Shown one piece after another: positions 28,856 to 38,801 of a stretch of 64,000 nucleotides of DNA (position 1 is the first letter of the stretch; each line of letters starts with the position of its first letter). The position numbers and the translations under genes were made by a program. A model generated the notes under the pieces. It was not told the DNA's origin and searched no databases. It saw only the letters and a list, made by a program, of their open reading frames with translations. The DNA is from a virus (Duplodnaviria > Caudoviricetes), in IMG/VR virus record IMGVR_UViG_3300031577_000195, positions 1 to 64,000 of that record, one strand, 5' to 3'.

Positions 28856-29626
28856 TTAAGCATTCTCTACGATAACTTCCAAGAATTCATTAGAATCGTC
28901 CCCAGGTTCAAGTACCTTGAACTCAAGTTTCTGAACCGAAGCCGAAGCCCGCTTAAAGTCAAGATTGAATGAACCAGCAGTCTTAACTTTCTTTGCACGA
29001 ATGGAAATCTTATAGTCATTCCCGTCTTCATCCTGTGTAGTCATTTGCCACCTAAGTTCATTTACTCCAGGTACAACATTAGTCATAACTGTAGCAGACA
29101 CAACAGAAGTATCAGTTACATAGTAGGAGAATACAAGAGTTGCCGTAACAGCAGCGCCAAAGGTTACTACACCAGCAGCAGTAACAGCATATTCAGTGTT
29201 CGTAGTAGGCGTATCAGTCCCCATATTAGTATATATAGCACCAGTATCACTATCGAAACACGTAGCAGTCGAATAATCGACACCTGAAGTATTACCTAAT
29301 GTTGCCGTAGTAGCTCCCGATACCGTAATTTCCTCACGAACATACTTTTTAGCAGTTGCGCTATTGATGGTTGCATTCTGAGTTACCTTAAGTTGATTAA
29401 GTTTAAACGTAGCGTCATTAATAGTGATCTTGCCGCCCTTTTCTTTTGTAAACGTAAAGAATGGGAAAAGACCATCACCACCATAGACATCTTCGTCACT
29501 TGAGGTAATTTCTAGGGACATATCCTGACCACGAGTAATTTCAATAGGGTCACCGCCATCACTTGGAATAAGCACCCCTGATCCAACACCATTAACTACA
29601 AAGCCTGTATTTTTGGTAACGCTCAT
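28856..29626 (-). CDS. Major tail tube protein
   Basis: Size and position; S..ED.YGGDG.FP...K.G.ITI, FNLDF pattern. Confidence 0.8.
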   Translation of the reverse strand: MSVTKNTGFVVNGVGSGVLIPSDGGDPIEITRGQDMSLEITSSDEDVYGGDGLFPFFTFTKEKGGKITINDATFKLNQLKVTQNATINSATAKKYVREEITVSGATTATLGNTSGVDYSTATCFDSDTGAIYTNMGTDTPTTNTEYAVTAAGVVTFGAAVTATLVFSYYVTDTSVVSATVMTNVVPGVNELRWQMTTQDEDGNDYKISIRAKKVKTAGSFNLDFKRASASVQKLEFKVLEPGDDSNEFLEVIVENA

Positions 29627-29662
29627 TTACACATCATCCTTTCAAATAAAAAATGACCATCG

Positions 29663-30061
29663 TTAGATGGTCACAAGTGGTTTATATCGAAACCCATAAG
29701 CAACAACTCCCGGTATACCTGAAGCTATCTGCCTTGGTGGAACGATTAGATCAAAATCACTAGATTTCATTAGTGTCATAATTCTTTTGCATATCTGTTG
29801 AGCATCATAACGAAGCCAACAATATACCTCAAACTCAAGTAGCCCCTTGGTCACTAGAAAGTTATTTGTGGAATAACCGTCTATAAATGTAAAAATCACC
29901 ATCGGAATATTGTCCGTGGTGATCGTAGACATGTCTTGAAATTCTCTTTTAACCCTATTGTTTAATTCTTCTTCAGTCGATGGAGTACCTAACAATGTCA
30001 ATAGTTCACTATCGGCAACTAGGATTCCATAGACTTCATCCTGTATCTCAAAGGTATTCAT
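29663..30061 (-). CDS. Tail terminator-like protein
   Basis: AAGGGGG SD + ATG at 30061; position upstream of major tail gene. Confidence 0.6.
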   Translation of the reverse strand: MNTFEIQDEVYGILVADSELLTLLGTPSTEEELNNRVKREFQDMSTITTDNIPMVIFTFIDGYSTNNFLVTKGLLEFEVYCWLRYDAQQICKRIMTLMKSSDFDLIVPPRQIASGIPGVVAYGFRYKPLVTI

Positions 30062-30107
30062 AAAATACCCCCTTAAATAAGCACTTTTAAGCATAAAAAT
30101 AACTTAG

Positions 30108-30188
30108 GTAATACAAATGTATACCCAAGTAGAAAAACCACTAAAAACACCCTTTATAACTATGGTTTCTGACATTAGAATCGATTCT
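30108..30188. repeat. Dispersed ~80-bp intergenic element, copy B
   Basis: taatacaaatgtatacc...aaaaacaccctttataactatggtttctgacattagaatcgattct. Confidence 0.85.
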
Positions 30189-30192
30189 GTAG

Positions 30193-30723
30193 CTAAAGTT
30201 CAATTCTCTTAGATATAGCATTAGAAATCTCTAACATCATACTTTTGGTTATGACATTGGTTATAGCCACAGTAATCTCAGGTATAGCAGATTCTATTTC
30301 TTGAGAGATAATATGAAGAGGTAGCGAAGGCTCAAACCTTGGGGATTGGCCTTCAAGCACCTGTCCTTCTTTTCCCCCTTTAGAATTATATGGTGTACCA
30401 TCAAGGTCTGTATAGGCACCTGCAGGTCTACCAGAGATCGCAAGCCCTGACCTGCTTGGATTATAGTTTGAGTTAGACTTATAGTTATCTAAGTAAGGAT
30501 TATTAGCGTCCATAAGACTTCCTCTACCATACTCAGCTATCCATGCAGCCTGACCACTAAACCCAAGTTTAGCTACAATACCATCAAATGTTACACTTAA
30601 GATTGCCTCATGTGCCTCTGCATTACCTTTTATAGATGCTCCTTTAGTTGCCCATTTGTCCATCACTTGTTCACGTATACGATTACTCCACTCAAGTAAT
30701 ACAGCAGCCAACTGTTCATTCAT
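30193..30723 (-). CDS. Neck/tail-completion protein
   Basis: AWIAEYG.G motif; position. Confidence 0.6.
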   Translation of the reverse strand: MNEQLAAVLLEWSNRIREQVMDKWATKGASIKGNAEAHEAILSVTFDGIVAKLGFSGQAAWIAEYGRGSLMDANNPYLDNYKSNSNYNPSRSGLAISGRPAGAYTDLDGTPYNSKGGKEGQVLEGQSPRFEPSLPLHIISQEIESAIPEITVAITNVITKSMMLEISNAISKRIEL

Positions 30724-31277
30724 CGGTTGTCACTCTTAACTTGTACCTCAAGCAACCCTTCGTAAGTCACAGCGTCAACTGCCGTAACCCAATAGTTTTC
30801 TCCGCTGCATTTAATGCGATAGCCCTCTTCTATTGTTAAATTCGGCAGAATAAACTTGCGTACAGTATCTGGTAGTAATCCACTGTCAAATACCTTCGAT
30901 GTATTACTGACCACCTTTTGAACCGCAGGTTGACTTGAGTAGACTGAAGTTTCTTCTGAACCACTTTTAGCTCCATTGGTAAACTTAGGTGTTAGCTTAA
31001 CGATATCAACAGTAGTATTAACTCTCTTAAGCTGACATTGGTTAGCATCGGATGAACTCTGTTTTGCAACGATAAAATACTGGACTCCTGTAGACTTATT
31101 GGTCACTAGATCACCGTTAGAATAACTAGTGTCATCCTGCATTAAAGCCATTTTGTCATTGTTCATAGCTGATGTTGAACTTGAAGTAGCCTTTCTTGTT
31201 GCAATCATAAGTTCATCGCTTTTATCATCTACAGAAAATGTCTCAGCCCGATCAAGGTATAAATTGAATACACTCAT
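30720..31277 (-). CDS. Head closure / head-tail adaptor
   Basis: I..G.RI...GENY.V.AVD pattern; position. Confidence 0.6.
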   Translation of the reverse strand: MSVFNLYLDRAETFSVDDKSDELMIATRKATSSSTSAMNNDKMALMQDDTSYSNGDLVTNKSTGVQYFIVAKQSSSDANQCQLKRVNTTVDIVKLTPKFTNGAKSGSEETSVYSSQPAVQKVVSNTSKVFDSGLLPDTVRKFILPNLTIEEGYRIKCSGENYWVTAVDAVTYEGLLEVQVKSDNR

Positions 31278-31864
31278 TGTAACTTCACCAAATCTATCAT
31301 CTTTTTAATATCTAATGTTAATATTCTATCGTTTTGTGCAAGTGTAATTTTCATATCAAAATCATCACGACTTAGCCAATTAAAAAACCCACCGTTTTTC
31401 TTAAGATTATCTGCGATTAAACCACAAGCTCTCTTAAGTTCAGTCGGTAGTGTATCTGTCGTATAACCTGCTGTATAAGCTACTGTAATCAACTCTGGTG
31501 GAATCGTTGGGAATACACTTGTTGTAACTTGAGGATAGAATGTAAAATACTGATACTCGTCATCATCAAAAGTTAAACAAGATGTATCATAAGTTTCAGT
31601 AGTAAACCCACCAAGTGGACTAGGGACTCTTGAAGTTATGCTTGAAACTGATACCCTAGGTAGATGTTTAAGTCTACCTTTAAAGATATCCCCATACATC
31701 GAGTGTTTCTTCTTGAGTCTTGCTTGTTCAGTATAAGTTTGACTCCAGAAGGAACGCCCTTTATAACTGTCGATTACTAAAGTTGCATTTGCTATGTCAG
31801 CAGAGGTAACTCCAGGCATTGTTGTATAAGTGGTAATCTCATCATCTGTAATATAGTTATCCAT
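31274..31864 (-). CDS. Head-tail connector
   Basis: V.YTAGY...LP.ELK.AC..IA motif. Confidence 0.7.
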   Translation of the reverse strand: MDNYITDDEITTYTTMPGVTSADIANATLVIDSYKGRSFWSQTYTEQARLKKKHSMYGDIFKGRLKHLPRVSVSSITSRVPSPLGGFTTETYDTSCLTFDDDEYQYFTFYPQVTTSVFPTIPPELITVAYTAGYTTDTLPTELKRACGLIADNLKKNGGFFNWLSRDDFDMKITLAQNDRILTLDIKKMIDLVKLQ

Positions 31865-32136
31865 TATTTTACGAACCCTGAAGCCTTAAGTTTATCTGCT
31901 GTTTCCTTACGAACTTTAGCTTTACCCTTAACAAAGTTGATAACTTTACCGCCAGTAATTATAGATGTATGTTTCTTATAAAAATCACTAAGCGTTACTT
32001 CAATAAGCTTCTCAGTTTCTTCTATCTGTTGTTCCTCAAGCACTTCAATAATCTCAGCAGGTTCTTCTACAGACTGTTCAGGTACTTCTATCTGTTGTTC
32101 CTCGAGCACCGTTTTAATTGTTTTTTTATTAGCCAT
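31864..32136 (-). CDS. Small acidic head-associated protein
   Basis: GGAGG SD + ATG at 32136; internal VLEEQQIE duplication. Confidence 0.6.
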   Translation of the reverse strand: MANKKTIKTVLEEQQIEVPEQSVEEPAEIIEVLEEQQIEETEKLIEVTLSDFYKKHTSIITGGKVINFVKGKAKVRKETADKLKASGFVK

Positions 32137-32169
32137 TGTACCTCCAAAGGAGGGCATAAAGCCCTCGAA

Positions 32170-33225
32170 TTACGAATTGGTTACTGAATGAGTAAGGATA
32201 AAGTGTGCGCCAGTCTGTGGCCCACGAAGGATATAGCTAGAGATATCCAGCATCATCTTGTTAGTTAGCAAACGACTGTTTCCAAGAGGCATATTAGGAT
32301 TAGCCAACTCGAAGAACTGTGGTGTGCTGTTGAACCACCATACGCGATCAATCATTGAACTATTAAGTGCTACAATTTTATGCGTAGTAGTTGATGTTCC
32401 AGTTACAGGTTTTACAAACGGAGTCAACACAATAGGCATTGTCATATGGTAACAACGGATAGCTGGAACACTCCATCCAGGAAGAATTTCAGTGGTAATC
32501 TCTTGGAAATAAGTACTTCTATTGCGCTCCTGTTGTACCAATAAATCATAAGTTGCGCTATTCATTGCAAGTACATCAGGCATAGCACTGTAGTCCAAAC
32601 GAGCTTGCAAACTAGCAATCTTAGTATTCAAGGCATCAACAATATAAGTACCATCGGCAATAGCTGCAGTATCTGTAATCTGACTCAGGATACCCATGTA
32701 CTCATAAGTTGCAGTTGATGCCAAGTCAGTAGAAGCACCGTTCCAGAAGTGGTTATTAGTTACCTTGGTAAAATCAACGATCATATCATTGAAATCTTTG
32801 GCTGTCAGGTCTTCAAACGTACCATACCGCTGTTCAGCCTTAAGCGCAAAGTAATCATACTCAATTCTAGTGGCATACATACGAGGAACACAGTTTAACC
32901 AGTTGTCACGCTTGTAGTCTGTATCAAGATCAGCAGAAGGTTTTGCATAATCAGGTGTACTCGAACCAAAGCCCAACTTAGGATTAACCGCAGTTGTGTT
33001 CGAAGGAATAGTCTTCTGTTCATTCCAGATATGCACCGGGCCAGATGCTTCAATAGAGTTTACCTTGATCCCCAATGGGAAATTTCTCATTAGATAGTCA
33101 TATAGAATCTGTTCATAACCATCAACAATCAAGCTATGACCTTCATTGATGTTAACTCCAGGGGCAGAAGCAAAAATACCATTATCCTTTACTGCACCAG
33201 CAGCCAAAATACGATTAAGTTTCAT
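32170..33225 (-). CDS. Major capsid protein
   Basis: 351 aa after protease/scaffold, before connector; strong conserved leader. Confidence 0.8.
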   Translation of the reverse strand: MKLNRILAAGAVKDNGIFASAPGVNINEGHSLIVDGYEQILYDYLMRNFPLGIKVNSIEASGPVHIWNEQKTIPSNTTAVNPKLGFGSSTPDYAKPSADLDTDYKRDNWLNCVPRMYATRIEYDYFALKAEQRYGTFEDLTAKDFNDMIVDFTKVTNNHFWNGASTDLASTATYEYMGILSQITDTAAIADGTYIVDALNTKIASLQARLDYSAMPDVLAMNSATYDLLVQQERNRSTYFQEITTEILPGWSVPAIRCYHMTMPIVLTPFVKPVTGTSTTTHKIVALNSSMIDRVWWFNSTPQFFELANPNMPLGNSRLLTNKMMLDISSYILRGPQTGAHFILTHSVTNS

Positions 33226-33257
33226 TTATACATCATCCTTTCAATTTTGGACATAAA

Positions 33258-33281
33258 AAAAAGACCGCCGTAGCGGTCTTG
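33258..33281 (-). terminator. Terminator-like hairpin upstream of the major capsid gene
   Basis: AAGACCGCTACGGCGGTCTTTTTTTT. Confidence 0.7.
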
Positions 33282-33294
33282 GGTAAAATTATGG

Positions 33295-34317
33295 TTATTC
33301 AGCTTTTTGAAGGTTCAATCTTGAGACAGCCTTACATTTTTCAAGCGTACTCATGTTACTTGCATAGATTTCATCAAGTTTCTTCTGTCGATCAGCATCG
33401 GTTGGCTTAAGGTCACTGTTGCCCATCATAAACTGACCAACTCCAGGCACAGGAGGTTTAGCAGCTTCAAATTTTGCTTTTTCTTCAGCTTCCTTCTGAG
33501 CAGCTTTGATTTTCTCTTGTTCAGCCTTTAGTTTAGCTTCTTCCTCTACCTTGGCTTTATCTTCTGCAGCCTTAAGTTTAGCCGCTTTCTTTTCTTCGGC
33601 TTGAGCCTTAAGGCTTTCTTGAGTTTCAGCTAAACCAAGAGCTAGTTTTCCCATTTCTTCATTAACTTTAGAGATTGACTCGCCAACTTCTGCTTTAATG
33701 TTAGCCACAAAGCCATCCAATAGGACCTTCATCTGTTCTTCATTCATATTCACATCATCCTTTGCTTTCTTATTTTGCAGACTTGCTACTAGTTCTCGAA
33801 TATATGTACCTGAGAAAGCAGCAGTATTCTTCCAGAGCATCGCACACCCCGTCCCAGTAAACTCATCAATATACAAAAATCCATTGTCATTGTCATCATG
33901 AGTTTGATCAGCAAGAACTTCTATGCTAAAGCCCAAACTATCCTTACCATTAACAGCCATAAAGCTAATATCAGGAAACAGCATCTTCCATACGATAATT
34001 TGTGCCATTAGGTCTTCACCTTCTGGCCAAACCTTTTGAATTACTCCTATGTTAGTACTTCCGTGACCAGTAAACACTTCAGTACCATCACCAAACCATC
34101 CATCAGGAAAAGTACAATTTACAGGCATAAGTTCAAAGCTTTGATAGTTCTTATTGATGGAATCCTGAGTAAACACTATTCGTTTCCCATCCGAACCACA
34201 AGGCGCACCATCACTAGCACTATTGATCTTAGTGATACACCCTTCGATAACCATCTTGTTTGGATGAGATTCACTAAGGGAGAACTTCAAGTTTGACATT
34301 CCAAGTGTTAACTTCAA
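33295..34317 (-). CDS. Prohead protease-scaffold fusion, with probable nested scaffold start at 33747
   Basis: His (GHG) and LGFSIE (Ser) protease motifs; K/E/A-rich coiled-coil C-terminus; internal AAAGGATGATGTGAAT-ATG. Confidence 0.75.
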   Translation of the reverse strand: MKLTLGMSNLKFSLSESHPNKMVIEGCITKINSASDGAPCGSDGKRIVFTQDSINKNYQSFELMPVNCTFPDGWFGDGTEVFTGHGSTNIGVIQKVWPEGEDLMAQIIVWKMLFPDISFMAVNGKDSLGFSIEVLADQTHDDNDNGFLYIDEFTGTGCAMLWKNTAAFSGTYIRELVASLQNKKAKDDVNMNEEQMKVLLDGFVANIKAEVGESISKVNEEMGKLALGLAETQESLKAQAEEKKAAKLKAAEDKAKVEEEAKLKAEQEKIKAAQKEAEEKAKFEAAKPPVPGVGQFMMGNSDLKPTDADRQKKLDEIYASNMSTLEKCKAVSRLNLQKAE

Positions 34318-34345
34318 TATATCACCTCCTTTGGTGGATTAAAGG

Positions 34346-35131
34346 TTACCTCAAACCAAAACCAATACCACCCGATAAAGTAGCATCACCAGTAATAACT
34401 ATCTTGAATACAAAAGAAGTACCAGTAGGTTCACCTACGAGTATTCTGCCTTTACTTGGGTATATCTGTCGGTAGGTAGTTCCTGCATCACGCGAAACAT
34501 AATAGGATATACTTCCTGTACCTAAAGTTTCTGTGCCTACTTTCATTACCACATAGTTATCTGTAGTAACCGTAAAAGCATTACTTATGATAGTACAAGT
34601 AGCTGTTGTATCAGTTGCACCCAAGGTTGGATTACCTAACGTATAACTATAGTCCATAGTAATGACATCACTAGACGTTAGGGCAGTTGTAAATACAACG
34701 CTTGTTCCACTTACGGTAAACCCACTAGTAATCGCGGTTCCATTTTGATATACCGTATATCCAGACAGCGGCGTGTTAGCTACTGTGTACGTTAGGTAAT
34801 CGCTAGATGCTGTCAAGGTTTCACCTGTAACAGTCGCAGTTGACGCATAAGTGTAATTGCTTGAGTTTGTAGTATCAATAAAGCTACTAGAATCAAACGC
34901 TTCAACTATCTCTGTATCACCAGTTGCAGTAGTACCTAAAGATATTGCTGCAAGTGCTGTAGTATCTAGTGAATCCATATACGTTCCATCAAGATACACA
35001 TACTTACCTTGAACCTTAGAATTTAACCTCAGTTCTCTTGTTGCCTTCGACAATGCTATTTGTTCTGCTGTAGAACCAAAGTTTGCATAACCAAGTGTCA
35101 GTAAGTTTTGCATATTGGTTTCATATGCCAA
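34346..35131 (-). CDS. Thr/Ser-rich beta-sandwich virion protein (putative decoration)
   Basis: T/S/V/Y-rich Ig-like composition; lies between portal and protease. Confidence 0.5.
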   Translation of the reverse strand: MAYETNMQNLLTLGYANFGSTAEQIALSKATRELRLNSKVQGKYVYLDGTYMDSLDTTALAAISLGTTATGDTEIVEAFDSSSFIDTTNSSNYTYASTATVTGETLTASSDYLTYTVANTPLSGYTVYQNGTAITSGFTVSGTSVVFTTALTSSDVITMDYSYTLGNPTLGATDTTATCTIISNAFTVTTDNYVVMKVGTETLGTGSISYYVSRDAGTTYRQIYPSKGRILVGEPTGTSFVFKIVITGDATLSGGIGFGLR

Positions 35132-35142
35132 TTAAACCACTC

Positions 35143-36471
35143 CTAATTAGTTTTATTTTCTGTAGTTTTGTCACCATAGTTGTCCTTGATATCTCCTTGA
35201 CCATTGAAGCCCCCACTTTGAACATAGTAATCCTTATTGATTGCGGCCTTTTCCTCAAAGCTATCCATATCAGCATACTCACTGTCGCTCTTGGGATATC
35301 CTAGTTCAACCAATGCTTGATTCTTAGTCAAAATTCCATTGATGTAATTGTTGTTAACCCTATCTGACTTCAGCTTCTTTTGTGCTTCAGTTTCAGTGTA
35401 TATAAGCTTATACTTAAAGAATCTATCGTAGCCCAATACCTTTAACACATGTTCATTTACTGCGTCTTCCCATATATCAGCATAAGGTTTTATAAGTTCC
35501 TTCAAGACTAACTCATCAAGTTCTTCTACTGTGCTTCTGTCGTTAGACAAAATCAAACCCATTTTTTCCCTTGGGATGCCAAAGGCTAATGCTATGATAC
35601 CAATAAGAAACTGTTGCCACTCAAGATAAAGGCCATCTTTATTTATTGCTCTAATCTGTTTTGTCTCAATGCCATTACTACCAGCAGCCACAGGAATTTT
35701 ACCAGTACCCTCAATGTCTTCCTCCATATATTTAATGAAGGCTTCGCGCTCTACATCTGTTATGTTTTCGCCTAGATTAACCAAGAAGTCAGCAGTAGCA
35801 TTATTGGCTACACCATCTGCTCTTTCATTAGCATTCAACAAATAAACGATGTAGTTATACGCCGATAAAACTGGTGATAATCCTTGTGGCCTATCCGTAA
35901 AGTAATTCCTTTGTAAATACGCTAGTTGTTGTGCAGTAAAATACTTTACTCCATCCTTGTATTGCAACTGTGCATACCTAGCAGCGTTAGCATCAGTGTA
36001 ATCATAAGGCACTACATACTGAATTGTGCTACCATCAGTTGGATATAAAAAAAGAGGCTTATTAGGGTCACCCCCAATAGCCTTCTCGAAAACTCCAGCA
36101 TCAATTGTCACAAGATCATCAATAATTAACTTAAGGAATGCCCTTCTGTTATGAATTACATTTGGATTATCCAAGATGTTCTGAGCAATAGTTTTTTGTA
36201 CCTTATAGTCATTAGCATCAGTTGGATCAACATTGACAAACTCACCAGATAGCCTTACTATTTCATCCTCAATTAGATTTATAGGCCTTCGGACAATAGG
36301 ATTCTTTGCGAAGTTTCTAAGTTGGGACACAGTAGGGTTCTTAGGTAATGTCTGCTTATATCCTTTGGTTAAGATGCCCCAAGAAAAATTCTGATTAGGA
36401 ATCGTTTGTGGCTGTGGGTTATTCTTAGGCCTAGCTCCGAGTATTGACTTAAATTTACTCCATAGTTCCAA
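35143..36471 (-). CDS. Portal protein (HK97-like)
   Basis: NP.VRR.I..I, GLSPV, AFGIP..MG, LT.N.AL..LGY. Confidence 0.9.
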   Translation of the reverse strand: MELWSKFKSILGARPKNNPQPQTIPNQNFSWGILTKGYKQTLPKNPTVSQLRNFAKNPIVRRPINLIEDEIVRLSGEFVNVDPTDANDYKVQKTIAQNILDNPNVIHNRRAFLKLIIDDLVTIDAGVFEKAIGGDPNKPLFLYPTDGSTIQYVVPYDYTDANAARYAQLQYKDGVKYFTAQQLAYLQRNYFTDRPQGLSPVLSAYNYIVYLLNANERADGVANNATADFLVNLGENITDVEREAFIKYMEEDIEGTGKIPVAAGSNGIETKQIRAINKDGLYLEWQQFLIGIIALAFGIPREKMGLILSNDRSTVEELDELVLKELIKPYADIWEDAVNEHVLKVLGYDRFFKYKLIYTETEAQKKLKSDRVNNNYINGILTKNQALVELGYPKSDSEYADMDSFEEKAAINKDYYVQSGGFNGQGDIKDNYGDKTTENKTN

Positions 36472-36483
36472 TATTTCACCTCC

Positions 36484-38136
36484 TTAGATGACCACGTTAC
36501 CAGGAAGATATTTGGTTATATCAAAGTTCTTTTTATAGCTATTGCCATTAGAAATTGAACCAAAGGAAAAACTGCTTGCCCCTCCACCGCCCAATGTTCC
36601 GTATAAAGCCAACCATAGAGCATCAAGTAGGTTATCACTAGCCCCCTTGGGAAACCTACGCATTTCCTCAAGTAACTTACGATGATCTTTACTAAACTTA
36701 ATGTAATTATTACGAATAGGCATAATTAAAGACCTCAGTTTAAACTCCTTATCCCTATACTGCGGAGGTTTAACAGGGTCAAAAGGTAAGTACAAATTCT
36801 GTTCTCTTGCTTTCTTCTCCATAAGGTCTTTCAACAGTATCTGAAAGACTACATCTTCTGTTCTAACCGCACGTAGTACATCAAAGTATTGAATAGAGTA
36901 AAGTATCATTTGGTCAATAAGAATATCAGTGGGGACTTTTCTTGAGAATGCCTCAAGTATATAAAAGTAATTATCTTCACCCTTACCAAGTGCTACTATA
37001 GCTGAATCGTCAGACTTTCTTTTAGCTGTAGCTGCTGCATCTATTCCAAGCCAAACATCAGTTATCTTAGGTAATTCTTCAGGCACATAGAAGTTTCTAG
37101 TAATCCAATCCTCTTTAATCTCACGCGATTCCTCAAGAAGTCCATCGTTCATCATTTCAGTTGCCCAAGCTTCATCACCCAAGCGTTGCTTTTCTTTCAT
37201 GAGTGCTAAATAAGTATCTTCATACCTATCCCACAAAACTTTTGTGCCAGCAATCATTTCTTCCTTATGTTCAGCATAGAAATTGTCAGCATCCATACCA
37301 CGATGAGGATTACTCAAGTCATTCCTTATGTTTAGCCATTCGTCCCATAGTGGTGAATCAGACGACTCAATAACAGCCTGATATTTCTTGGTGTAGTAAT
37401 CGCTGAATTGCGGGTCAGTCAGCATCTTATAGAGTAAACATGCGTCATTCAAAATTGTACCAATGACAAACACAGAAACATACTTCTCGCCACATGGGAT
37501 TAAAACTTTGTTGTACCAGTCGTATAACTTTTGTCTCTGATCTGAATTACTTGAATTTTTCTCACTTAATATATCATCACAAATAATTACAGTTGGTCTA
37601 ACGCCAAAAATCTTAGTACCACGAGTAGCCATTTCTGAACCCTTAGTGCTTATACATACGCCATTCTTACATGCTATCTTATCAGTAGTCCATATTACAT
37701 TACCAACTAGATTACCAAAGTCTTCATTGAACTTTTCGTTGTCCTCTATGAATTGCCTAATATCAATTATAAACTGTCTACCTAGTGAGCCTTCAGAAGT
37801 TACTATAAGAATGTTCTTAGTGTGACCATAAGCGATACACCATAAGGGGAAAGCATAGGATGTCCAGAAAGATTTCATATGACCACGAGGGCTAACATAG
37901 CAACTCTGTGTCTTATTCTTTTTGTTGTTAAGTACAACATCTTCAAGTCTTTTACATATGTCATAATGAAACTCACATAGGCTATCCCAAGGCTCCCGCT
38001 CTTCATCCCACAGGTAAACCCTAGTAAACTCTAACAAAGAGTATCTACATCTATCCTTATCAGAAGACTTATCGGTAATTATAAGTCGTTCTTCAATAAC
38101 CTCTTGATTACCTAAGATTTCACCTAAAATATCCAT
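36484..38136 (-). CDS. terL: Terminase large subunit
   Basis: SPRGHMKS Walker A variant, RPTVIICDDI Walker B, WLGIDAA...SDDSA nuclease, DNLLDAL. Confidence 0.92.
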   Translation of the reverse strand: MDILGEILGNQEVIEERLIITDKSSDKDRCRYSLLEFTRVYLWDEEREPWDSLCEFHYDICKRLEDVVLNNKKNKTQSCYVSPRGHMKSFWTSYAFPLWCIAYGHTKNILIVTSEGSLGRQFIIDIRQFIEDNEKFNEDFGNLVGNVIWTTDKIACKNGVCISTKGSEMATRGTKIFGVRPTVIICDDILSEKNSSNSDQRQKLYDWYNKVLIPCGEKYVSVFVIGTILNDACLLYKMLTDPQFSDYYTKKYQAVIESSDSPLWDEWLNIRNDLSNPHRGMDADNFYAEHKEEMIAGTKVLWDRYEDTYLALMKEKQRLGDEAWATEMMNDGLLEESREIKEDWITRNFYVPEELPKITDVWLGIDAAATAKRKSDDSAIVALGKGEDNYFYILEAFSRKVPTDILIDQMILYSIQYFDVLRAVRTEDVVFQILLKDLMEKKAREQNLYLPFDPVKPPQYRDKEFKLRSLIMPIRNNYIKFSKDHRKLLEEMRRFPKGASDNLLDALWLALYGTLGGGGASSFSFGSISNGNSYKKNFDITKYLPGNVVI

Positions 38137-38390
38137 TAACCATCATCATCTTCGTATATGTCTTCCTCTGATATCTGTTGAAACCCTACAGCATTAGTGC
38201 CACCACAAGACTCCTTAATTTCCTCTTGTGTCAATTTACTCAAGGACAAAGTAAGATTAATATCTAAATCATGCTCCTTAGAACCAACAATGTTTATAGC
38301 TTCAGCATAAATCTCATGACCATCTACAGTTACCTTTGTTCCACGCCATTTACCGTTGGTTTCTATGATAATCTTCTGTTTCTTCTTCAT
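38136..38390 (-). CDS. Hypothetical protein
   Basis: AAGGAG SD; coupled to terL. Confidence 0.6.
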   Translation of the reverse strand: MKKKQKIIIETNGKWRGTKVTVDGHEIYAEAINIVGSKEHDLDINLTLSLSKLTQEEIKESCGGTNAVGFQQISEEDIYEDDDG

Positions 38391-38490
38391 ATTCTTCTAA
38401 AAGCTCCTTTTCATCAAGGATTTCCTTAAGTTTTCGCTTGTTGTTAATGGTTTTCTGTACGTTTTTCACGTGTTTATCTGCTAGTGCCAT
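38350..38490 (-). CDS. Hypothetical 46-aa charged protein
   Basis: GGAG SD + ATG; MALADKHVKNVQK... Confidence 0.45.
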   Translation of the reverse strand: MALADKHVKNVQKTINNKRKLKEILDEKELLEEYEEETEDYHRNQR

Positions 38491-38501
38491 TAGTTACTCC
38501 C

Positions 38502-38783
38502 TTACGCTAGTTTTGTGATAACACTCTTAGCTGCTAGTTTTTCTTCATCAGATAGATTCGTAGCGTCTTTATACTGTGTCGCAAGTTTCTTAAATAACGC
38601 TAGTTCAGTTGTGGTTAAAGCCGTGGTAAACAATGTAGTATCCAAGGTTAAATCATAAGTTGTCGTATATGCGTACAGTTCGCTGCCTATTAGTATTTCA
38701 TAAGCCCCTACTGTGATTGAACTATCGCTTGATGCTGTAATTGTTCCGTTTAGTGATACCTCTGCTCCTACTGCATATGCCAT
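38502..38783 (-). CDS. Hypothetical protein
   Basis: GGAGG SD; ORF track. Confidence 0.6.
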   Translation of the reverse strand: MAYAVGAEVSLNGTITASSDSSITVGAYEILIGSELYAYTTTYDLTLDTTLFTTALTTTELALFKKLATQYKDATNLSDEEKLAAKSVITKLA

Positions 38784-38801
38784 TTATACATTCCTCCAGT
38801 T

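Noticed and set aside
32010-32110. 24-bp duplicated segment (VLEEQQIE x2) in the small head gene
   Set aside because: In-frame low-complexity linker duplication; no sign of a regulatory role
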